Shown here: in pieces, positions 13,395 through 25,519 of the stretch
Layout of the letters: every line of letters starts with the position of its first letter
Position numbering within the stretch: the stretch's first letter is position 1
Assembly: GCF_006345805.1 (NCBI RefSeq)
Contig: NC_043007.1
Coordinates: 20,212,001-20,276,000, forward strand
DNA length: 64,000 nucleotides
Direction: 5' to 3'
DNA from: Octopus sinensis
Lineage: Eukaryota
Program-made: the position numbers and the translations under genes
Notes under the pieces: model-generated
Told to the model about the DNA's origin: nothing
The model's database searches: none
What the model saw: the letters and a program-made list of their open reading frames with translations, nothing else

Positions 13395-14100
13395 CATTAT
13401 ATATATACACATACACACACAGCAGCACTGGCAAAAACCACGCTCGAATGGTGCTTTTTAAGTTCCATCAGCATGGGACCAGTCAGTTGGCACTGGCATT
13501 GACCACACTTGAATGGTGCTTTCTACGTTTCACTGTCATGGGAGCCAGTTAGGAGGCACTGGCATTGACCACACTTGAATAGTGCCTTTTATGTGCCAAT
13601 CAGGCAGTACTGTCATCATCCATGACAGTGATTTCACTTGCCTCAACAGGTCTTCGCAAGTACAGTTTATTGCCCAATGATTGAAGGGTACTCATAAATG
13701 GGCTGGTTATGCTGCACTGGCATAGGCCATGGTTATGGTCTCACTTGGCTTGCCGGGTCTTCTGAAGCGCAGAATATCTCCAAAGATCTCAGTCACTTGT
13801 CATCGCCTCAGTGAGACCCAACGCATCATCATTTAACGTCCGTTTTCCATGCTGGACGATTTGACTTAGGACTGGTGAAGCAGATGGCTGCACCAGGCTC
13901 CAATCTGATCTGGCAGAGTTTCTACAGCTGGATGCCCTTCCTAATGCCAACCACTCCAAGAGTGTAGTGGGTGCTTTTAAAGTGCCACCGGCACAAGGGC
14001 CAGTCTGGCGGTACTGGCAACGGCCACGCTCGAAAATGGTGTTTTTTACGTGCCACTTGCACAGGAGTCACTCCAGCAGCATTGGCAACGACCATAAATT
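13395..14100 (-). mobile_element. Two adjacent RTE family-2 3' ends
   Basis: 13620-13823 minus strand encodes LGLTEAMTSD*DLWRYSALQKTRQAK* then 3'UTR; second tail fragment 13824-14100. Confidence 0.75.
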
Positions 14101-14187
14101 GACACATGCACACACACACACATGTATGCATGGCCTGGTGGTTAGAGGGAAAAGCTGACAGGAGAGAAATTAAAGAGCGAGAGAGAG

Positions 14188-14420
14188 AGTGCAGAGTTTT
14201 ATATCCTGCAAGCTATTAAAAACTGGTTATTTACTTAAAGGATGTAAAACTCTGCACTTTTTTAATTGTTCTCCAGTCAACTTTTCCCTGAAAAAGGACT
14301 GTGCAAAATAATGGACTCTCCATGAGTTATTTTATGGGGATTAGAAAAACTGAAGGACCGCTGCAATAAGCATCTTAATCTGAAACAGGAATATGTTGAA
14401 TGAAATCATAATCAACTGAT
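14188..14420 (+). mobile_element. Mariner-derived remnant with 20-bp inverted repeat
   Basis: AGTGCAGAGTTTTATATCCT...AGGATGTAAAACTCTGCACT (14188-14258); downstream GLEKLKDRCNKHLNLKQEYVE* resembles the mariner C-terminus. Confidence 0.5.
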
Positions 14421-14499
14421 CCTCCTGGATTTTTTTGTTGCCCAAAGCCAGGAACTCTCCAGCATCCCTTGTAAGTGTGTGTGTGTGTGTGTGTGTGCA

Positions 14500-14690
14500 T
14501 ATCTATGTGACCGCCTTCCCTTCTCTGGATCTTTCCTTTTCCTATGTTCCTGACGAAGAGCTCCGCTTGAAGCGTTAAACCCTCCTTCTTCCCTTCCTTC
14601 CTGAGCGTCCAATAATACTATATTTGTTCCACGTCCTCGCGTTGTTCTGTTTTCTCCTTGTGTTTTCATGTTTGGATTAACTATATATAA
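14500..14690 (+). mobile_element. Penelope-like terminal-repeat remnant with degenerate minimal hammerhead
   Basis: 14546-14580 GTTC CTGACGA A GAGC TCC GCTT GAAGC GTT AAAC; ends in a (TA)n tract. Confidence 0.55.
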
Positions 14691-14723
14691 ATATATATAT
14701 ATATATATGCACATACACAAGGG

Positions 14724-14754
<31 letters not shown>

Positions 14755-15675
14755 AACACAGCCTTCTCATTCTTTAACATCTGTATTACCATATTTTCAG
14801 AGTTTATAAGGTGGAAGTATTTGAGGTATGATTTTTACAGTCAGATTCTCTTTCAGTCACCAACCATAACTATTTTTCAAGTAAGGAATTTTTTTATTTT
14901 ACATTCTAGAGGAATTCAAACACACAAATCTGGCAGATGATTTATTGGCAAGGCATGTTGACAAACATCCACTGACTGCAGCCGAAGTACTGTGACATCA
15001 CTCCACCTACCAATTCCCTCACAGGACACTGGTTGGTCTGGGGCTATAAAAGAAGGCATTTTCCCAAGTTATCAAGAAGCAGGATTGAATCTGAAGCCAC
15101 ATTGTAGGGAAGAAAACTTCTCAAAACACACAGCCATGTAGGCATCTGTGAATGAGAGAGAGTTTGTGTATGTGCATGTGTGTGTTTGTGTGGGTGGGTG
15201 GGTGTGCAAGCACACACAAACACGCATGCCTAATAAACATGTCTATATATCTACCACAGACTGTAAACAAGTCAATATTTAAAGTTTGAAAACAAATCTC
15301 TCCAAATCTAGGAATTAATTGGGTAGAGACAAAAATGCAAATATTTACTACTACAGACTGGTAAAAACAAGTGGCTGAGAGCTCGTCAGAATTGCTGTTT
15401 ACCGTTTATTCTAATTCCAGCATGTTGGCCATAAATATTTTCAGTTAAAACTTTAGTTTGGTGAATTAATATATTTAAGAAATAGATTCCTGATAATGTA
15501 AGGACCTTTCTGGAGCACTGCCTTGAAGGGTTTAGTCAAACAAATCAACCTTAGTATTTATTCTCTTGTTTTTTTTTTTTGCTGAACTGCGATATTATGG
15601 AGAACATAAACAAACCAACACCAATTGTGAAGTTGTGGTGGGAGACAAACAATAGTATAAAAACACACACACACA

Positions 15676-16070
15676 TCTCTCTTTATATAAAGCTGAAGTT
15701 GTCTGTGTGTAGCAGGTTTGGTAGCCTTCAACTAACACTATCTCCTCTGAGACCCTGCGGCGCAAGTTGACCAAAATTGAGAAGTATGATAGAAGAAGGC
15801 TTGCTCTTCCTTCAGTAGAAGAAAAAATTCAAATAGGACCATGTTAACACCAAAAATTATTTACATCAAAAAGGTGCTTTCTTTTTCTAGGAAAATCCCT
15901 ATTTTTTACAATTTTTTCACTGCTGTGTCGCCATTTTACGGTGTATTTCAACCAGAAAAATGTTCACTTAAAGAGAATAACAAGCTACATAATGCAAAAT
16001 TTTTACTTTTCAAAAATTCCAATTCTAAAGGGTCGAAACAAACCCGAGCAATGCCGGGCAATACTGCTAG
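15676..16070 (+). mobile_element. Complete non-autonomous Helitron (395 bp)
   Basis: 5' TC, 3' CTAG, inserted between A and T, subterminal hairpin CCCGAGCAATGCCGGG at 16043-16058; nested in a family-A SINE. Confidence 0.85.
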
Positions 16071-16534
16071 TATATATACATACACAAACACACACACACG
16101 TTGAGCTTCTTTCAGCTTCCATCTACCAAATCAGCTCACATGACTTTGGTTAGCCCAGGCCTTTAGAAGACACTCGCCCACGGTGCTGCACGGTGGGACT
16201 GAACCGAAGACCATATGATTGGGAAGCAAGTTTTTTAACCACACAGCCACACCCGAGCCTATATGGTAGGTGTCTTTTCCAACATCTGACATAAAGACAG
16301 TAAACTATGGCCAGAATGCCACTGAAACTAAGCAGCAAGCCAGACAATTATACATTACGCATATAATCTGTGCAATTTGTGTGAAAGCACAATATTGAAT
16401 TTATAGGAATACATGCAATTATGGTTAACGGATGTCAAGGAAAATAATATTTATTATACCATTTAGTTAATGAGCAAGATTTGCATGTCTATGCAAATAT
16501 TGTACGTTAATCTCTTTCTCTATTTTTTTTCTCT

Positions 16535-17016
16535 TTTTACTTGTTTCAGTTAATTTGACTGCGGCCATGCTGGTGCACCGCCTTTAATCGAGCAACTCGA
16601 CCCCGGGACTTATTCTTTGTAAGCCCAGTACTTATTCTATCGGTCCCTTTTGCTGAACCGCTAAGTGATGGGGACATAAACACACCAGAATCGGTTGTCA
16701 AGCAATGCTAGGGGGACAAACACAGACACACAAACATATACACACACATACATTCTTTGTAAGCCCAGTACTTATTCTATCAGTCTCTTTTGCCGAACCG
16801 CTAAGTGACGGGGACACAAACACACCAGCATTGGTTGTCAAGCAATGCTAGGGGGACAAACACAGACACACAAACATATACACACACATACATTCTTTGT
16901 AAGCCCAGTACTTATTCTATCAGTCTCTTTTGATGAACCGCTAAGTGACAGGGACATAAACACACCAGCATCGGTTGTCAAGCAATGCTAGGGGGACAAA
17001 CACAGACACACAAACA
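16535..17016 (-). repeat. SINE family A with 140-bp internal segment triplicated
   Basis: ATTCTTTGTAAGCCCAG starts at 16612, 16752 and 16892; copies differ by several substitutions. Confidence 0.9.
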
Positions 17017-17676
17017 TGATAGCATTTATTTGAGTATGGAATACATTATATGAATATATGTTTTGCACGTAATTGAAATAACTGCAACTGGGTATGAGTA
17101 TAAAAACTGCATCCCTCTGACAAGCCATGTTGAGCCAGTGTGGCAGAGCAAGCTCATCGAACCAGTATGATCTCAAGCTAAAATTCACAGCCTCCACATC
17201 AGACTGTGGTTGGTGGAGAGAACAGCTTCATCCTGCAGTGGACTGAACAAAGGCAATCCGAAAAGCCAATATTTTGCATAATTAGATGTAGGAACATATG
17301 CAATGTCCTAACTGATCCAGAATTGGATTTCAAAATGGAGACCTTAATGAATGGCAAAAAAAACAAATGAATAGAGAGAATGCCTCATGATAATACATAA
17401 AAAATGCATCCTTCTTGAGCCCTATGGACTAATAAGGGCCAGTTTCCTGGTTTCCATGACGTATATATATTTGCCCCTTGGACAGGATGCCAGTTTGTTG
17501 CAGGTTGACTTATTTATGCCAGCTGAGTGGACTGGAGCAATGTGAAATGAAGTGTTTTGCTCAAGAACACATGTTGCCTGGTCTAGAAATTGAAACCACA
17601 ATCTTGCAATCATGAGTCCAACACTCTAACCACTAAGCCATATGACTCCACAATTATAATACATAGGCATTGTGAT

Positions 17677-17902
17677 TTAACCATTTTGTTACCATATATC
17701 TGTTAAAATATGTTGCCTTTCATTTTAATTAATTTTGAAAATAATGAAGTATTTATCAAAATAATTGTCATTGTTAAATTGGTGTTTAGAATAATTAACA
17801 AGAAATTTTGACAGAAGGTTTTAATCTAGGTCACTTTATAACAGGGAATTTGTATGATAGGAACAACAGTGGTGTCAGGTGAGTTGGTATCAAAAAGGTT
17901 AA
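17677..17902 (+). mobile_element. TTAA-flanked piggyBac-like MITE (family 2, old)
   Basis: TTAACCATTTTGTTACC...GGTATCAAAAAGGTTAA; related to 54551-54779 and 61278-61468. Confidence 0.55.
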
Positions 17903-18011
17903 GCTTAGATCAAGGATAAATTACCAACAGCTACTTAAATTTTCCCCAAAACAAAATGTATAAGTGTATATGCACGTGTATAGGACAGAAAAGCAATAAG
18001 CAGCAACATCA

Positions 18012-18380
18012 GTGGAGGCGCAATGGCCTAGTGGTTAGGGTAGCGGACTTGCGGTCGGAGGATCGCGGTTTCGATTCCAAGACCGGGCGTTGTGTGTGTT
18101 TATTGAGCGAAAACACCTAAAGCTCCACGAGGCTCCGGCAGGGGGTGGTGGCGACCCCTGTTGTACTCTTTAGCCCCAACTTTCTCTCGCTCTTTCTTCC
18201 TGTTTCTTGTCCCCGACTTCCTACACAACCACTGAGCCTGGATGCGCATTCATCCATCTGTCAATGCTCTCGGTGTCGGGGGTTGACCTGCTTTCTCTTC
18301 TGCGGGTCTTACGAATAGCAAAGGACCACAATTCGGACTTCTCCCACTGCGAGCTCTGGGACGAAGTCCACTTCGCACAA
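18012..18380 (+). mobile_element. tRNA-headed SINE family C, full length
   Basis: GGAGGCGCAATGGCCTAGTGGTTAGG...GGTTTCGATTCC head; 11-bp TSD CAGCAACATCA. Confidence 0.85.
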
Positions 18381-18646
18381 CAGCAACATCACTGTGTGTG
18401 ACCCATTTCAGAGCACAATGAGACACATAGAACATCCTGGTTATCCTACTGTAATCTGGATATTCATCCAGTTGCCTTGTCACTGGCCTAAGGAGTCAGG
18501 CACAAGAAAGTGAGGTTGATCATCCAGTGTAGGCCTCCTTCATTACAATTCAAGTTTAGGGCAAGTTAGGATTGAAGCCACAGCTAGACAGAGGGATCTT
18601 TTATGGCAGCGGTTAGGGAATCATATGCATGTCACAATGAAATACC

Positions 18647-18960
18647 TATTTCTTTACTACCCACAAGGAGCTAAACACAGAAGGAACAAACAAGGACAGA
18701 CAAACGGATTAAGTCGATTATATTGACCCCAGTGCGTAACTGGTACTTATTTAATCGACCCCGAAAGGATGACAGGCAAAGTCGACCTCGGTGGAATTTG
18801 AACTCAGAACATAGCAGCAGACGAAATACATATTTCTTTACTACCCACAAGGGGCTAAACACAAAGGGGACAAATGGATTAAGTCGATTACATCGACCCC
18901 AGTGTGTAACTGGTACTTATTTAATCGACCCTGAAAGTATGAAAGGCAAAGTTGACCTCC
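18647..18960 (-). mobile_element. SINE family B, tandem body dimer
   Basis: Two family-B bodies joined at GACGAAATACA|TATTTCTTT (18820-18839). Confidence 0.8.
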
Positions 18961-19264
18961 CCTCTCAAGGGATCTTTGTCTTGCAAGTTACGTGGTGACC
19001 CTGCCAGTGATGGTTCCACCCACCAAGCATCTAGTCCACACTGTAAAGTGGTTGGCGTTTGGAAGGGGATCCAGCTGTAAAAACCTTGCCAAACTGACCT
19101 CACCTGTGCTTGTACTACATAAAAAGCACTCAGCCCACTCCACTGGGTGGTTGGTATTAGAAAGGGCATTCAGCCATAAAAACCCTGCCAAACCAGACAG
19201 AAGTTTGGTGCAGGCTGCTACCAGCATTGAAGGTGAATGTAAAATGATGAGGATATATATATTC

Positions 19265-19640
19265 TTTTACTTGTTTCGGTCATCTGACTGCCACCATGCT
19301 GGAGCACTGCCTTTAGTCGAACAAATCGACCCCAGAATTTATTCTTTGTAAGCCTAGTACTTATTTTATCGGCCTGTTTTGCCGAACTGCTAAGTTACGT
19401 ATGTAAACACACCAGCATCGGTTGTCAAGCGATGGTGGGGGACAAACATGACACATACACACACATGTATATATAGATATATATATGACGGGCTTCTTTC
19501 AGTTTCCATCTACCAAATCTACTCACAAGGCTTTGGTTGGCCCGAGGCTATAGTAGAAGACACCTGCCCAAGGTGCCATGCAGTGGGACTGAAACCCAGA
19601 ACCATGTGGTTGGTAAACAAGCTACTTACCACACAACCAC
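19265..19640 (-). mobile_element. SINE family A
   Basis: Full reverse-complement copy. Confidence 0.85.
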
Positions 19641-19642
19641 TC

Positions 19643-19713
<71 letters not shown>

Positions 19714-20461
19714 CAGAGAGAGAGAAATCTACACACATTTACACAAGCGCACACAGAAATTCACAGGTAATTTAAAATGGTTTAACACAAACAAGTGGAT
19801 CTACATTAACAAGCAATAAGCATACCTGTTACTGAGGTAACTATCATTCGTGTGTGTGTGTACGTGCGTGCATGCGCACATACACGTATATATCATCATT
19901 TAACGTCTACACACACGTTTATGTATGCATGTATGTATAATTTAATTATAATATAAATTATATACGGTTTTCTTATACATCATATACAATGAAAAAAATC
20001 CTGCGTTGGTTTCAAAATATGCAAGACACAGGTATCTTGAAATGCCGAGGCACGGTATGAGACAAAACTGAACTGTTTTAATTACAGGTGAAATCTATTC
20101 ACGGGTTGCCCCATAGTTTCCATTTATTCAATTTCCTTCAGAAGCTCTTATACGAGATCTTATGAGTGAGAAACAAATTTCTTAACCACTCGACCATGCT
20201 TGCATCTAGAGATAGGTAGGATAAATAGATAAGTGGACGTACATAACACACACCTGAGAGGGAGGGAGAGAGAGATGTACAAAGTCATTTATAAGCACAT
20301 GTACATATTTGCAAAGGTGGATCTCAGTCGTTCGACAATGAAGATTCAGGTGTTTGATTAAACTGAATTATCTGCTCCTTAATTAACGTCTAAATTAGCT
20401 GAGCCTTCTGCAGACACGTGTACTCTTAACGTAATTCTCAGACAGACAGAATCAGCTGGGC

Positions 20462-20747
20462 AAGAGTACTACTTGAGAACAGTGGTCCCGGTGCGCGCAT
20501 CCGCGCTAGCTAGTCGTGACTAGTCGATCCTACGACTACCTAGCAAAGTTAATAAACACAAAATAAATAGTTTTTTTACACAAAGTAAATAATTTTTGTT
20601 AAACAAAGTAAATAAAACACAAAGTGAATAATTTTTTAAACAAAGTAATTAACACAAAAACACAAAGCAAGGATCGACTAGTCATGACTAGCTAGCGCGG
20701 ATACGCGAGTACGCGCACAGGGACCGCTGTTCTTAAGTAGTACCCTG
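20462..20747. mobile_element. MITE/foldback element with about 66-bp CpG-rich terminal inverted repeats
   Basis: Arms 20466-20531 and 20670-20743 are reverse complements apart from an 8-bp insertion and a few substitutions; AT-rich spacer of ACAAAGTAAATAA-like repeats. Confidence 0.8.
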
Positions 20748-21167
20748 GGCATGCACAATCCATCCGACGGACTCCTAAACAGCTTCCGTCTACCCAATTT
20801 CACTCACCAAGTATTTGCTGAACACAGACTACACAAAATGACGTTTATCAATGATGACGCCATGCGATAGGATCGAGCCAGAGACCCCGTGGTTGCAAAG
20901 TGGGCCATTCTTCTTAACGATTTGGCCAAATAGCGCCTACATGCACATATCAGATAATATGCTAAAGGTGCGAGCGCGAAGCGTAAACATTATAGAAACA
21001 CATGCGCTGAAACATATGAGCGTATACACTTTCGTTGACACATAATATCATTAAGAGAAGACAGTGCACCCTCTATATAATACACAAGCACATACACACA
21101 CACGGATGCACACATACACACACTTATACATATGTGTGTGTGTGTAAAGAATGCATATACGTATACT

Positions 21168-21545
21168 CTTTTACTTGTCTCAGTCATTTGACTGTGGCCA
21201 TGCTGGAGCACCGCCTTTAGTCGAGCAAATCGACCCCAGGACTTATTCTTTGTAAGCCTAGTACTTATTCTATCAGTACTCTTTTGCCGAACCGCTAAGT
21301 TACGGTGACGCAATCACACCAAGCGATGTTGGGGGAGGACAAACACAGACACACAAACATATACACATATATACATATACATATATACGACGGGCTTCTT
21401 TCAGTTTCCATCTACCAAATCTACTCACAAAGCTTTGGTTGGCCCGAGGCTATAGTAGAAGACACTTGCCCAAGGTGCCACGCAATGGGACTGAACCCAG
21501 AACCATGTGGTTGGTAAGCAAGCTACTTACCACACGACCACTCCA
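21168..21545 (-). mobile_element. SINE family A
   Basis: Full copy with most CpGs retained. Confidence 0.85.
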
Positions 21546-21887
21546 TTCTTCTTTCTTCGTCTTAGCCAGGCTCATGGGCCCGGTTTCCCGGTTTCCGTGG
21601 CGTATGTGTCCCCCCCCGCTGGACGGGATGCCAGTCCATCCATCACCCTCTTGTACTATTTTATATCCCTCCCCACCACTACACACTCAATAATACTATA
21701 AAAATGGTCAAATTTTCCCCCAAGAACTAAGTTCAGTTTGAAAACTCCACTAGAATGGACGAAAGCGCTATTTATGATGTCTAAAAACATGTAATATACA
21801 AATAAATATCTGTAAATATAAAAACCATCCGAATTTCTGAGTACCTCATTTCTTCTAATATAAAATACCTGTACATCACCTCCAAAC

Positions 21888-21938
<51 letters not shown>

Positions 21939-22640
21939 ACGTTATATAATTAGGGTTCAGTAAAATAATTTTTACATACTGAACATACTTGGTAAAATTA
22001 ATTAATAATTAATTAATTTTACCCTTTTATTATTGACTATATATATATATATATATATATAGTGTACTGTTCCGTGATAAGATCAACAAAAACAAAATAC
22101 TCTATATATGTGCGAGGGAACTTCTACGTGGTCGTTCGAAATAGCAGCAAAATATCTTCAAATTACCTGTACACGGTCCACCCAATCACCGTCTTATCAA
22201 GGAAGTACACCCAGTCCTAGATACTCCTAAAACTAGGGTATGGGCAATATGACTGGCTGGCCTAAACAAACAACATATACACGGACTCGCTGTATGTATG
22301 TATACACACTCATGAGGGTGTGCATGTATATATATATATATATGAGTGTATCTCAAGTCGATCAATGTATCTACTCGTTGTATTATACAAAGACACTTGT
22401 ACTCTTATGGAGATCCTCTGTCAAATTCTGCCTGACGAAGTGTAACGAACTTTTTTTTTAAATTACAGGTACACATAATTACCTGACAAGTTTCATTTAT
22501 TTTTTTTTGTCCTTCCATATTTAAGATTTGCATCGATCCAAGTAAAATCAGACAGATCCTGGTAACAGGATTAACCTCCCTCAGAACCTAATGAGTGCCC
22601 AACGAGCGAACATATTCAACCAAAGATGCACCCCCACGAC

Positions 22641-22644
<4 letters not shown>

Positions 22645-22684
<40 letters not shown>

Positions 22685-22732
22685 ATATAATATATTACAC
22701 ACACATACACATATACAACACACACATACACA

Positions 22733-22765
<33 letters not shown>

Positions 22766-22784
22766 CACATACACACACACACAC

Positions 22785-22815
<31 letters not shown>

Positions 22816-22820
22816 CATGC
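22645..22820. repeat. Compound (TA)n/(CA)n/(TG)n microsatellite
   Basis: Directly visible; source of overlapping spurious ORFs. Confidence 0.95.
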
Positions 22821-23470
22821 AGACAAACAACAAATATATTTTATAAACGCACACTGTATAAATATACACATGTAATTGAAATACAATACAACGCACTGCA
22901 ACATCAGACGTCAATATACACTCACATACACAGGTATGCAGGTTGTCTATAAACATATACTGACATGCACAACGGGGCTTTATACTGATCCCCAGGCAAT
23001 ATACATAAATAGGCATACACGAAAAAAAAGGCACCCACCTATGCAGGGCATATCTAAGTATCTATGCACATACTATATATATAGTGTGTGTGCATAAGTA
23101 TACACTTACACACGTGTGTGCGTGTGTTTGTGTATGTATTTGCGCGCAGTATAAAGGGTTCTATTCGGAAATATTAGATCAGACAGCCCAACACCTTTTT
23201 TTTTTTCATCCTACACTCGTCCCCCTCCGTACGCAATACGTAATATACACTTAAGATTTATTGTAGGTCTTTTTAGAAGTCTTGGTCGGTTCTTTGTGAT
23301 CCACAAGACTTCAGTGAATGATATTCCACAATAGCTTTTATCCCAAGTATAATAGTCAATGGCCGATCCGAAGGAGAAAGATTAAATTTGCTTAGTGACC
23401 AACGACAGCTAATTTCAGGTAGAAATTAATCAGCAACTGAACTGCAGTCAGAGTTCAGTAAGAAAGACTG

Positions 23471-24434
23471 TTACACACACACACTTACATACTTTCACGG
23501 GAGGAAAGATTGTTTAATTATACATTTATATAATACATACACTAGTAGTACACAAAGCCTACTTATTGTGAATGTGTGTACAAACACACACACACGTATG
23601 TCTTACCTTGACAGAAAACAACCGAAAAGAAAATAAATATGTCAGGTGAGGTCAATCGAATAGGTATCTTATTGAAATTACAAGTAAAGTATTGACAACT
23701 AGTTTAATCGCCGCCTGTTTAATCGTGGGATCCCAGCGTGAACTATTTCTATATTTTGAAAGAATGAAAAATAATAATAATACAGCTCTGGAAAAGTATA
23801 TGTTAAGAACACCTGTTAAAAAAAAAGAGAGAGAAAAAAGGCGGTAGCATCAATTACAAGACACTGACCAGCGCACCTGCATCTACTTCTAGGACAATTA
23901 ATTTCACGGACAACTCAAAACATGTTCTATACTGCTAACCACTTGCTTACACACACACACACTTACATACTTTCACGGGAGGAAAGATTGTTTAATTATA
24001 CATTTATATAATACATACACTAGTAGTACACAAAGCCTACTTATTGTGAATGTGTGTACAAACACACACACGTATGTCTTACCTTGACAGAAAACAACCG
24101 AAAAGAAAATAAATATGTCAGGTGAGGTCAATCGAATAGGTATCTTATTGAAATTACAAGTAAAGTATTGACAACTAGTTTAATCGCCGCCTGTTTAATC
24201 GTGGGATCCCAGCGTGAACTATTTCTATATTTTGAAAGAATGAAAAATAATAATAATACAGCTCTGGAAAAGTATATGTTAAGAACACCTGTTAAAAAAA
24301 AAGAGAGAGAAAAAAGGCGGTAGCATCAATTACAAGACACTGACCAGCGCACCTGCATCTACTTCTAGGACAATTAATTTCACGGACAACTCAAAACATG
24401 TTCTATACTGCTAACCACTTGCTTACACACACAC
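23471..24434. repeat. 478-bp tandem duplication
   Basis: ACTTTCACGGGAGG at 23491 and 23969; copies appear identical on reading apart from (CA)n length at the junction. Confidence 0.95.
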
Positions 24435-24448
24435 AATCTTTATCTTAC

Positions 24449-25320
24449 CTTTTGAAGTGATTTTGTTATGGGATCGGCACTTGAGATGAGTTAAAATACA
24501 AAGCCAAACCTCAAATATGTGGTATTTAATAATTAGTAAAAGGTATGGGGGCTACACGAATACATTCCAGTTCTTCTTTAGAAACGTGTTCAAATTAAAT
24601 CTTATATCAACTAAAATAATGAAAACTTAAATAATTTGGTGATCTGTGTGTTAAAAAAGTCAGTTTTAATATTAATTTTTTTCTTTTTTCTAAATAAATC
24701 TCTTAAATCCAGGCAGATATTTGATAGTTCAGCTTTAGGAGGGGTTTATCGCGGGTCTATATTTCGAAAAGAAACCACCTGCAAGAATGTTTGGAGACGT
24801 CGATTGTATGCCACGCACAAATGAATTAAAAGATACAAACATCAATTAACACATGGTTTGCGAAGCACTAGTCTGATGCAAAAAGAAGAGAAATACGATT
24901 TAAACGAAAGAAAAATTGAGATAAAAAATAGTCCCATAAGTGGTATAAAATAGTCGTGAGAGCAAAGAGTCCCGTTTTAATAGCCGTAGGTCAAAACATT
25001 AATTGTCCTCGGTCACAATAATTGGACAGAATTTTGTAATATATTTATGAATATTTATATATATATATGTGGTTTGGTGGTGTAGTAAATCATTTGAGGT
25101 TGTATTTGGTTTGAAGAGAGATGAAAATTCTGTTTAACATCCCAGCAATGACAGTAAGAAGGAAAGAAAACAAACAATAACAACCTAGATCCGAAGTGGG
25201 ACATTTGTTTCTGACACATACCTGCATATACAGACTCGCCATTCGGACAGTGCGAAATTAGGGAGAAAAAAAAACATAAACAAGGGTAAATAAAATATTT
25301 AGAATTGAAAAAAAGGTAAG
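24449..25320. promoter_or_regulatory. Putative divergent promoter / first-exon region
   Basis: Repeat-free, CpG-retaining; minus-strand donors AAG|GTAAGA at 24448, 24084 and 23606; plus-strand donor AAG|GTAAGC at 25316 and acceptor TTGTCTCAG at 25419. Confidence 0.35.
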
Positions 25321-25519
25321 CTGTAACCGTGGAAAATTAATTACGAACATCCAAACTTACTTTGTAATTAAGTACGTTTAAGTTATAAATCCAATTATTT
25401 TTTTATCTGTTTGTCTCAGGACTGGGAAAATGATATTGACGCCATGTTTTGATCCGGGTACTTTTGACGAACAAACTTCGTTATGAAGGGAGAGGCGTGA
25501 CTGACGTTCGTCACTCCAC

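Noticed and set aside
16612-17016. CRISPR-like array (also 25520-26400 and 33510-34030)
   Set aside because: Head-to-tail repeats with no unique spacers; eukaryotic context
18013-18085. tRNA genes at SINE C heads (also 10527, 29888, 49141)
   Set aside because: A and B boxes are present but run into SINE body with TSDs; no complete cloverleaf
22431-22452. CTGACGAAGTGTAACGAAC as a hammerhead core
   Set aside because: Lacks GAAA and any stem I or III pairing
25430-25486. Start exon MILTPCFDPG after the acceptor at 25419
   Set aside because: Weak donor and no phase-compatible downstream exon I can support
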